A DNA stretch of 64,000 nucleotides, taken from NCBI GenBank assembly GCA_040954595.2, contig CM082585.2, forward strand, positions 2,324,902-2,388,901, in the 5' to 3' direction. Positions within the stretch are counted from its first letter, which is position 1. Each line of letters opens with the position of its first letter. Shown in pieces: positions 12,271-21,049 of the stretch. The position numbers and the translations under genes were made by a program. The notes beneath the pieces are model-generated. The model was not told the origin of the DNA, made no database searches, and was given only the letters and a program-made list of their open reading frames with translations. Origin of the DNA: Balanoglossus misakiensis. Lineage: Eukaryota; Animalia; Hemichordata.

Positions 12271-15200
12271 GACGGATAGTTGTAAAATTTCCATGGTTGC
12301 TTCCAAACAGCCTCGTTTATTTACCGATTTCTGTTGTGATGCGCAGAACACATAGATAGGCATATGTGCATAATAAAGTTTTCCACTAGACTCTGTAGAT
12401 CGAGAGATAGTTCTAAAATTTCCATGGTTGCTTCCAAACACAGCCTCGTTTGTTTACAAAATTCTGTTGTGATGCGCAGAACACATATATAGGCCTATGC
12501 GCATAATAACGTTTTCCACTAGACTCTGTAGATCGACGGATAGTTGTAAAATTTCCATGGTTGCTTCCAAACAGCCTCGTTTATTTACCGAATTCTGTTG
12601 TGAGGCGCAGAACACATAGATAGGCATATGTGCATAAGAAAGTTTTCCACTATAGACTCTATAGATCGAGAGATAGTTCTAAAATGTCCATGGTTGCTTC
12701 CAAACACAGCCTCGTTTGTTTACAAAATTCTGTTGTGATGCGCAGAACACATATATAGGCCTATGCGCATAAGAACGTTTCCACTAGACTCTGTAGATCG
12801 ACGGATAGCTGTAAAATTTCCATGGTTGCTTTTAAACAGCCTCGTTTATTTACCGATTTCTGTTGTGAGGCGCAGAACACATAGATAGGCATATGTGCAT
12901 AAGAAAGTTTTCCACTATAGACTCTGTAGATCGAGAGATAGTTCTAAAATGTCCATGGTTGCTACCAAACACAGCCTCGTTTGTTTACAAAATTCTGTTG
13001 TGATGCGCAGAACACATATATAGGCCTATGCGCATAAGAACGTTTCCACTAGACTCTGTAGATCGACGGATAGCTGTAAAATTTCCATGGTTGCTTCCAA
13101 ACAGCCTCGTTTATTTACCGATTTCTGTTGTGAGGCGCAGAACACATGATAGGCCTATGCGCATGAGACATTTTTCCACTAGACTCTGTAGATCGACGGA
13201 TAGTTGTAAAATTTCATGGTTGCTTCCAAATACAGCCTCGTTTATTTACCGATTTCTGTTGTGAGGCGCAGAACACATAGATAGGCCTATGTGCATAAGA
13301 AAGTTTTCCACTATAGACTCTGTAGATCGAGAGATAGTTCTAAAATGTCCATGGTTGCTTCCAAACACAGCCTCGTTTGTTTACAAAATTCTGTTGTGAT
13401 GCGCAGAACACATATATAGGCCTATGCGCATAATAACGTTTTCCACTAGACTCTGTAGATCGACGGATAGTTGTAAAATTTCCATGGTTGCTTCCAAACA
13501 GCCTCGTTTATTTACCGAATTCTGTTGTGAGGCGCAGAACACATAGATAGGCATATGTGCATAAGAAAGTTTTCCACTATAGACTCTGTAGATCGAGAGA
13601 TAGTTCTAAAATGTCCATGGTTGCTACCAAACACAGCCTCGTTTGTTTACAAAATTCTGTTGTGATGCGCAGAACACATATATAGGCCTATGCGCATAAG
13701 AACGTTTCCACTAGACTCTGTAGATCGACGGATAGCTGTAAAATTTCATGGTTGCTTCCAAATACAGCCTCGTTTATTTACCGATTTCTGTTGTGATGCG
13801 CATAACACATAGATAGGCCTATGCGCATAAGAACGTTTTACACTAGACTCTGTAGATCGACGGATAGTTGTACAATTTCCATGGTTGCTTCCAAACAGCC
13901 TCGTTTATTTACCGATTTCTGTTGTGAGGCGCAGAACACATGATAGGCCTATGCGCATAAGACATTTTTCCACTAGACTCTGTAGATCGACGGATAGTTC
14001 TAAAATTTCCATGGTTGCTTCCAAACAGCCTCGTTTATTTACCGAATTCTGTTGTGAGGCGCAGAGCACGTAATAGGCCTATGCGCATAAGAAAGTTTTC
14101 CACCAGACTCTGTAGATCGACGGATAGTTGTACAATTTCCATGGTTGCTTCCAAACAGCCTCGTTTATTTACCGATTTCTGTTGTGATGCGCAGAACACA
14201 TAGATAGGCATATGTGCATAATAAAGTTTTCCACTAGACTCTGTAGATCGAGAGATAGTTCTAAAATTTCCATGGTTGCTTCCAAACACAGCCTCGTTTG
14301 TTTACAAAATTCTGTTGTGATGCGCAGAACACATATATAGGCCTATGCGCATAATAACGTTTTCCACTAGACTCTGTAGATCGACGGATAGTTGTAAAAT
14401 TTCCATGGTTGCTTCCAAACAGCCTCGTTTATTTACCGAATTCTGTTGTGAGGCGCAGAACACATAGATAGGCATATGTGCATAAGAAAGTTTTCCACTA
14501 TAGACTCTATAGATCGAGAGATAGTTCTAAAATGTCCATGGTTGCTTCCAAACACAGCCTCGTTTGTTTACAAAATTCTGTTGTGATGCGCAGAACACAT
14601 ATATAGGCCTATGCGCATCAGAACGTTTCCACTAGACTCTGTAGATCGACGGATAGCTGTAAAATTTCCATGGTTGCTTTTAAACAGCCTCGTTTATTTA
14701 CCGATTTCTGTTGTGAGGCGCAGAACACATAGATAGGCATATGTGCATAAGAAAGTTTTCCACTATAGACTCTGTAGATCGAGAGATAGTTCTAAAATGT
14801 CCATGGTTGCTCCCAAACACAGCCTCGTTTGTTTACAAAATTCTGTTATGATGCGCAGAACACATATATAGGCCTATGCGCATAAGAACGTTTCCACTAG
14901 ACTCTGTAGATCGACGGATAGCTGTAAAATTTCCATGGTTGCTTTTAAACAGCCTCGTTTATTTACCGATTTCTGTTGTGGGGCGCAGAACACATAGATA
15001 GGCATATGTGCATAAGAAAGTTTTCCACTATAGACTCTGTAGATCGAGAGATAGTTCTAAAATGTCCATGGTTGCTTCCAAACACAGCCTCGTTTATTTA
15101 CCGATTTCTGTTGTGATGCGCATAACACATAGATAGGCCTATGCGCATAAGAACGTTTTCCACTAGACTCTGTAGATCGACGGATAGTTGTACAATTTCC

Positions 15201-15315
15201 ATGGTTGCTTCCAAACAGCATCGTTTATTTACCGAATTCTGTTGTGAGGCGCAGAACACGTAATAGGTCTATGCGCATAAGGAAGTTTTCCACCAGACTC
15301 TGTAGATCGACGGAT

Positions 15316-15330
15316 AGTTGTAAAATTTCA
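15316..15330 (+). repeat. 5' target-site duplication (A)GTTGTAAAATTTCA, 14-15 bp
   Basis: Identical to 19563-19577. The first A is ambiguous because it abuts the poly(A) in the 3' copy. Confidence 0.93.
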
Positions 15331-15331
15331 G

Positions 15332-15892
15332 TGTGAAAAGCAGGCCGAACAGGAGGTGGAAAGTGGTGTATGCGCGTTGATTACTCCTGCGACGGAGGCA
15401 GTAATTATCACATCGACGCCACAACAAAGCACCACACCTACAAGTGACGCAGGCATTCCAACGCCTTTATCTACATCTGCTGCAGAGCAGGCTTCGTCAG
15501 CTCATTGTGAGAGCCAACAGACGAGGGAGGCTACTACGAAGAGTGGATCGAACATAGGCAGTACTAGTCATGACACAGTGTGCAACGACCCATCATCCTC
15601 ATCGAGACAACGAGCCTCGCAGCGGTCGATATCATCGTACTTTCCTGAGAAAAGGCGCGATCCAAGAACACAGAAACCGAAAGATTGTGATCAAGACGAT
15701 TCCGTCGCTGCCGTCGCTGACACATCAGCGAATATCAGCGAGAGCGAGTCTGAACAGTACGTGGACTGTGACACAACAAAAGAGGAAATGTCCGATCTTT
15801 CACCGGAATCACCCGTGATTTTAACGCCGGCTTCCGGGACGACCACGGACAATAGAAAGAGACGCAAGAGGAAGAGGAAACTAAAGAAATGA
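15332..15892 (+). pseudogene. 3' remnant of retrotransposon ORF1 (Ser/Thr-rich low-complexity C-terminus ending in a basic tract)
   Basis: Frame is open from the 5' junction (CEKQAEQEVESG...) with no ATG near the junction, so the GTG start at 15356 is probably not real. It ends RKRRKRKRKLKK-stop, with the TGA overlapping the ORF2 ATG. Position immediately upstream of ORF2 is that of ORF1 in L1/Tx1. Confidence 0.8.
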
Positions 15893-17346
15893 GTAACAAA
15901 TTACATATTGTAACTTTAAATGTAAGAGGTCTAGGTAATTACTCTAAACGTAGAGATATCTTGCAATGGCTTAAACACCAGAAGGCGTCTTTTGCCGTTT
16001 TACAGGAAGTTTACGGTGAAAATATAAATATTGTTCAATGGGAAAAAGAATGGGGAGGTCGGATAATTATGTCGGAAGGAGCCAAAAATAGTAGAGGCGT
16101 CGCAATCTTTATTGCTAAACATTGTAATTTTCATATTGACAGTGTGTACAAAGATGACTCTGGTAGAATTGTTATTGTTAACGGTATGTACGAGAACATG
16201 GGTTTTTCAGTCAGTGGTGTCTATGCACCGAATGATGCTGTACAGAGAAATCGCTTTTTTGTCAACTTTATGAACATCATTCAGGTTAATTGTAAGTATG
16301 AACGCCTTATAATAGCCGGTGACTTTAATTGTTCACTTAATAAGAGGCTGGATAAGAGATCTCGGGCGGTATCTGTGGATAAATCCGTCCCGACCTTACG
16401 TAAAATGCTGCAGCAGTTCTCCCTGGTTGACATTTGGAGAGAACGCAACCCGTCACTGCAACAGTTTACATGGAGACGCTTGCATCCCAGCCCGACCTAT
16501 AGTAGAATTGACTATATTTTTGTATCTAAGAGCATTCTAAAAAACACAAAAAGAGTTGACATCAGACCTGCATTGAAAACAGACCACATGGCTGTTTATT
16601 TAGAAATTATGTATAGGAAGTCTGACAGGGGTCCTGGCACCTGGAAATTTAACAAGCACCTCCTTAAAAAGGAGGATTACGTTATAAGTGTCCGTAATCT
16701 CCTGACACGGTGTAAAATTAAGTATGTGAATGTAGAAGCCAATGTTAGATGGGATTTGATAAAGAAAGATGTGAAGGAGTACACGATTGAGTATTGTCAT
16801 AATGTAACGAAGAATTCTAACACCCTCATTCCGGAGTTGGAGAAGCATTTGCGTACTGCTGAACAAAACATGCTCCATGAGCCGTCTGATTCCAACATTG
16901 AGGCTTATGGTTTAATTAAACAGCGTTTGGAAGATCTTTTCACCCTCCGTGCCGAAGGTGCGCAGATACGCTCCAAGGCACGCTGGGTCGAAAAGGGTGA
17001 AAAAAGTACAAAGTTCTTTTTGGGTTTAGAGAAGACAAATGCCTCCAAAAAGGAGATGAATGTTCTCCGTACAGCGCAGGGTACCTATGTAACTGATACG
17101 GAGCACATTCTTGAGGAACAGAAGAACTTTTATCAAAATCTGTATAAAGATAAGCCGAGAGATAGTTGCCTTGACGATTTTCTAGGAGATGCAGCTGTTT
17201 CACAGCTATCCCAGAATCAATCAGACATTTGTGAGGGTGAGCTCACAGAAAGAGAATGCTTTAAAGCACTGTGTATGATTGCTCCCAACAAATCTCCTGG
17301 ATGCGACGGGTTAACTGGTGAATTTTATCGTTTTTTTCTGGAATGA
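15889..17346 (+). CDS. ORF2 N-terminal part: apurinic-like (APE) endonuclease domain plus linker
   Basis: APE motifs LNVRGL, LQE, SRGVAI, VYAPN, GDFN, DIWR, FTW, SRIDYIF, TDH, then WKFN and RSKARW...GEK. Ends prematurely just after the T7 run. Confidence 0.9.
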   Translation: MSNKLHIVTLNVRGLGNYSKRRDILQWLKHQKASFAVLQEVYGENINIVQWEKEWGGRIIMSEGAKNSRGVAIFIAKHCNFHIDSVYKDDSGRIVIVNGMYENMGFSVSGVYAPNDAVQRNRFFVNFMNIIQVNCKYERLIIAGDFNCSLNKRLDKRSRAVSVDKSVPTLRKMLQQFSLVDIWRERNPSLQQFTWRRLHPSPTYSRIDYIFVSKSILKNTKRVDIRPALKTDHMAVYLEIMYRKSDRGPGTWKFNKHLLKKEDYVISVRNLLTRCKIKYVNVEANVRWDLIKKDVKEYTIEYCHNVTKNSNTLIPELEKHLRTAEQNMLHEPSDSNIEAYGLIKQRLEDLFTLRAEGAQIRSKARWVEKGEKSTKFFLGLEKTNASKKEMNVLRTAQGTYVTDTEHILEEQKNFYQNLYKDKPRDSCLDDFLGDAAVSQLSQNQSDICEGELTERECFKALCMIAPNKSPGCDGLTGEFYRFFLE

Positions 17347-19459
17347 TATTTGCGATTATGTATTGTCATCTTTAAATAGTAGTTACAGGTGTGGTTCGCT
17401 ATCTTTATCTCAGAGACGAAGTTTACTTACACTCCTGTTTAAGAAAGGCTCCGAGGACGATTTAAACAACTGGCGTCCAGTGTCTCTTCTAAATACAGAT
17501 TATAAAATTGCTACTAAAGCCTTAGCTAATCGGTTACAGATCGTTCTTCCGTCATTGATCCATAGAGATCAAACCGGGTATATGAAGGGGCGTTTCATAG
17601 GTGAAAATGTTAGACTTATCTCTGACATCTTTCATTACTCAAAGAAGCACAATGTTGGGGGAGTTGCCATGTTCCTTGATTATGAAAAAGCCTTCGATAG
17701 CGTTAACTGGGACTATCTAGATGAAACTTTGCGACGTATGAATTTTGGTCATTCCTTTCGTCAATGGGTAAAAACTTTCTACACGAACATTCAGAGCTGT
17801 ATTTTATACAAGGGTTGGTCTTCAAGTTACTTCAGGTTAGAAAGAGGTGTCCGTCAGGGATGTCCCCTCTCTGCACTTTTATTTGTAATAGCAATTGAGT
17901 TTTTAGCTTGTAAGATCAGACATGATAAAACTATCAAAGGGTTTCGTCTGCCTGCTGGTAATGGTCATGCCAAAGAAGCAAAGATATCTTTACTTGCAGA
18001 TGATACAACAGTATTCGTTGCAGATTTGTCTTCTGTTGTGTCTGTTCTCAAAGTAATGGAGAAGTTTCAGGGATGCAGTGGGCTAAGGTTAAATAAAAAG
18101 AAAACGCAGGCTTTTAAACTTGGTAACTTAAGAAAATGTAACGATAAAGTGGGTGATATAAGTTGGACTGACAATCCTGTAAAAACTCTTGGAGTATATT
18201 TTGGGTATGATGATGCTCTGTGTAAGCAGTTAAACTGGGATGATAAGTTAAAATCATTAGGTAAAGTTTTGGAAATGTGGGGAAGACGGCAACTCACGAT
18301 TTATGGCCGTGTTCTCATTACCAAGTCTCTTGCTGTTTCAAAAATTATGTATTTATCATCAGTAATTGGTATTCCCAATGATATTCTCTGTAAAGTACAA
18401 CGTCTCGTTGACAGTTTTGTAAAACGTAAAAGGAGAATTTCGAACAAAATTCTTGAAAGTGGCTACAAGCTAGGAGGAGTTAATCATATTAATGTGAAAT
18501 GCCAAGTGGAAGCAATGATGGCTCTTTGGGTTAAAAGAATAATAATGTGTAAAGACGAGACATGGGCTGTCTTGCCCTGGTCATATTTGCTTTTAGATAA
18601 TACCACAAATTTATTGCATCAACACTCAATTTGGCAAAGGGTTCCTGATTTTCTTTTATCTGTACTCCCAGAATTTTATGTAAATGTACTGAATGCCTGG
18701 TATGCGGTGAAACACAATGCTTCCCGTGCAGGGAACCGTACCCTTGTCTGGTCCTCCAAATTCAGGTGTTTTTATGCAGCTCACTCTGAAAGTGATGACT
18801 ATGATGTCACACTTGGCGTTTCTAAATCTCCGGTCCACAAATTAACTTGTAAGGTGTTGTATACTCATCTCATTCAGAGGCACTCAGTACAGGCTAGCGA
18901 TAAACTCTCAAAATGGTTTTCTAAGTTAAATATCACCCCTGTAGAGCCAGAGAGCGACTGTTACAAAATCTGGCTGAGTGTGTACAAGTTGACTAAAGAG
19001 ACCAAGTTAAGAGAGTTTCAGTGGAAACTTCTACAACGCTTATTACCATGTAACAAGTATTTATACTTGTGGAAGTTAAATGAGTCAATGTTCTGTCCTC
19101 TTTGTCACCAGATTGACTCTCTGGAACACAGATTTATTTATTGTCAAATAGCTGTGAGATGCTGGAAAAAGCTGAAATACGTCATCTCTAAATGTTTTGA
19201 GTGTAGAGAAATAACACCATCAGACATTATTTTTACAAAAGTTGGCGAGAATGTCAAACCCAAAGAAAAACGTTATGTTTTTCAGCTTTTAATTCTTCTT
19301 GGGAAATGGAGCATCCATAAGTACTGGGTGACTAATGAAAACACACCGATTGAAGTTTTAATAAAAAATGAGTTTATGTTAAGGTATAAGATTGAAAAAC
19401 AACTGGATGCGAAAGCTGTTGTGCTAGAAACTTTTCAGAAAATTACGAGTTTACTGTAA
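17318..19459 (+). CDS. ORF2 C-terminal part: reverse transcriptase domain and C-terminal CCHC zinc knuckle
   Basis: RT motifs WRPVSLLNTDYK, QTGY, LDYEKAFDSV, GVRQGCPLS, LADD (17993-18004), KTLGV, and CPLCHQIDSLEHRFIYC (19094-19144). The 17318 start is an artefact of the frameshift. Confidence 0.92.
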   Translation: MNFIVFFWNDICDYVLSSLNSSYRCGSLSLSQRRSLLTLLFKKGSEDDLNNWRPVSLLNTDYKIATKALANRLQIVLPSLIHRDQTGYMKGRFIGENVRLISDIFHYSKKHNVGGVAMFLDYEKAFDSVNWDYLDETLRRMNFGHSFRQWVKTFYTNIQSCILYKGWSSSYFRLERGVRQGCPLSALLFVIAIEFLACKIRHDKTIKGFRLPAGNGHAKEAKISLLADDTTVFVADLSSVVSVLKVMEKFQGCSGLRLNKKKTQAFKLGNLRKCNDKVGDISWTDNPVKTLGVYFGYDDALCKQLNWDDKLKSLGKVLEMWGRRQLTIYGRVLITKSLAVSKIMYLSSVIGIPNDILCKVQRLVDSFVKRKRRISNKILESGYKLGGVNHINVKCQVEAMMALWVKRIIMCKDETWAVLPWSYLLLDNTTNLLHQHSIWQRVPDFLLSVLPEFYVNVLNAWYAVKHNASRAGNRTLVWSSKFRCFYAAHSESDDYDVTLGVSKSPVHKLTCKVLYTHLIQRHSVQASDKLSKWFSKLNITPVEPESDCYKIWLSVYKLTKETKLREFQWKLLQRLLPCNKYLYLWKLNESMFCPLCHQIDSLEHRFIYCQIAVRCWKKLKYVISKCFECREITPSDIIFTKVGENVKPKEKRYVFQLLILLGKWSIHKYWVTNENTPIEVLIKNEFMLRYKIEKQLDAKAVVLETFQKITSLL

Positions 19460-19537
19460 TTTTTAACCTCTTCAGGCCCGTGCAACAATACTGTCTTTTC
19501 TATATTTATATAAACATGTAATTGAGGTGAAGGTTTA

Positions 19538-19543
19538 AATAAA
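19538..19543 (+). promoter_or_regulatory. Polyadenylation signal AATAAA of the retrotransposon
   Basis: AATAAA 4 nt upstream of the poly(A) run, at the end of the 3' UTR. Confidence 0.7.
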
Positions 19544-19547
19544 AGAT

Positions 19548-19563
19548 AAAAAAAAAAAAAAAA
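19548..19563 (+). other. Poly(A) tail (15-16 A) of the retrotransposon
   Basis: Pure A run between the 3' UTR and the TSD. Confidence 0.92.
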
Positions 19564-19577
19564 GTTGTAAAATTTCA
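19563..19577 (+). repeat. 3' target-site duplication (A)GTTGTAAAATTTCA
   Basis: Removing the element plus one copy regenerates ...GGATAGTTGTAAAATTTCATGGTTGCTTCCAAATACAG..., seen intact at 21927, 24032, 26661 and 30091. Confidence 0.93.
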
Positions 19578-21049
19578 TGGTTGCTTCCAAATACAGCCTC
19601 GTTTATTTACCGATTTCTGTTGTGATGCGCATAACACATAGATAGGCCTATGCGCATAAGAACGTTTTCCACTAGACTATGTAGATCGACGGATAGTTGT
19701 ACAATTTCCATGGTTGCTTCCAAACAGCCTCGTTTATTTACCGATTTCTGTTGTGAGGCGCAGAACACATGATAGGCCTATGCGCATAAGACATTTTTCC
19801 ACTAGACTCTGTAGATCGACGGATAGTTCTAAAATTTCCATGGTTGCTTCCAAACAGCCTCGTTTATTTACCGAATTCTGTTGTGAGGCGCAGAGCACGC
19901 AATAGGCCTATGCGCATAAGAAAGTTTTCCACCAGACTCCGTAGATCGACGGATAGTTGTAAAAGTTCCATGGTTGTTTCCAAACACAGCCTCGTTCATT
20001 TACAAAATTCTGTTGTGATGCGCTGAACACATACATATGCCTATGCGCATAAGAAAGTTTCCCACTAGACTCTGTAGATCGACGGATAGTTCTAAAATTT
20101 CCATGATTTCTTCCAAACACATCCTCGATTGTTTACAAAATTCTGTTGTGATGCGCAGAACACATAGATAGGCCTGTGCGCATATGAACGTTTTCCACTA
20201 TACACTGTAGATCCAGAGATAGTTCTAAAACTTCCATGTTTGCTTCCAAACAGCCTCGTTTATTTGCGGAATTCTGTTTTGAGGCGCAGAACACATAGAT
20301 AGGCATATGTGAATAAGAAAGTTTTCCACTATAGACTCTGTAGATCGAGAGATAGTTGTAAAATTTCCATGGTTGCTTCCAAACAGCCTCGTTTATTTAC
20401 CGATTTCTGTTGTGAGGCGCAGAACACATAGATAGGCCTATGCGCATAAAAAACTTTTCAACTTTAGATCAACGGATAGTTCAAAAATTTCCATGGTTGC
20501 TTCCAAACAGCCTCGTTTATTTACCGATTTCTGTTGTGAGGCGCAGAACACATAGATAGGCCTGTGCGCATATGAACGTTTTCCACTATACACTGTAGAT
20601 CGAGAGATAGTTGTAAAATTTCCATGGTTGCTTCCAAACAGCCTCGTTTATTGACGGAATTCTGTTTTGAGGCGCAGAACACATAGATAGGCATATGTGC
20701 ATAAGAAAGTTTTCCACTATAGACTCTGTACATCGAGAGATAGTTCTAAAATTTCCATGGTTGCTTCCAAACACAGCCTCGTTTGTTTACAAAATTCTGT
20801 TGTGATGCGCAGAACACATATATAGGCCTATGCGCATAAGAACGTTTTCCACTAGACTCTGTAGATCGACGGATAGTTCTAAAATTTCCATGGTTGCTTC
20901 CAAACAGCCTCGTTTATTTACCGAATTCTGTTGTGAGGCACAGAACACATTGATAGGCCTATGTGCATAAGAAAGTTTTCCACTATAGACTCTGTAGATC
21001 GAGAGATAGTTCTAAAATGTCCATGGTTGCTTCCAAACACAGCCTCGTT

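Larger units (their letters stand above)
1..15330. repeat. Tandem satellite array, ~131-bp monomer (left of retrotransposon; runs off window start)
   Basis: Uninterrupted head-to-tail copies of approx. CCATGGTTGCTTCCAAACAGCCTCGTTTATTTACCGAATTCTGTTGTGAGGCGCAGAACACATAGATAGGCCTATGCGCATAAGAAAGTTTTCCACTAGACTCTGTAGATCGACGGATAGTTGTAAAATTT (131 nt, consensus by eye) with small substitution and indel variants, all in one orientation. Confidence 0.98.
15889..19459 (+). pseudogene. Retrotransposon ORF2 (endonuclease/reverse transcriptase), interrupted by a single +1 frameshift; 1189 aa if repaired
   Basis: ORFs 15889-17346 and 17318-19459 join on removing one T from T7 at 17331-17337, restoring KSPGCDGLTGEFYRFFW-NDI. 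The repaired frame is 3570 nt with no other stop. Confidence 0.9.
15331..19563 (+). mobile_element. 5'-truncated non-LTR retrotransposon (LINE), L1 group, most likely Tx1 clade, ~4.23 kb
   Basis: Partial ORF1, ORF2 (APE-RT-CCHC), ~88-nt 3' UTR, AATAAA at 19538, A16 at 19548-19563, flanked by direct repeat (A)GTTGTAAAATTTCA. Motifs RSKARWVEKGEKSTKFFLGLEK, NWRPVSLLNTDYKI and GRVLITKSLAVSKI resemble Tx1-clade ORF2 (recognised by eye, not by search). Confidence 0.95.

Noticed and set aside
15329-15340. Cys at the 5' junction as the last residue of an ORF1 zinc knuckle, or a CA microhomology at the junction
   Set aside because: Upstream element sequence is missing, so neither can be evaluated without a full-length copy.
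15570-18838. Alternative-frame and antisense ORFs inside the LINE (15570, 16319, 16600, 16940, 18067, 18656)
   Set aside because: Short, motif-free and overlapping the well-supported ORF1/ORF2 frames.
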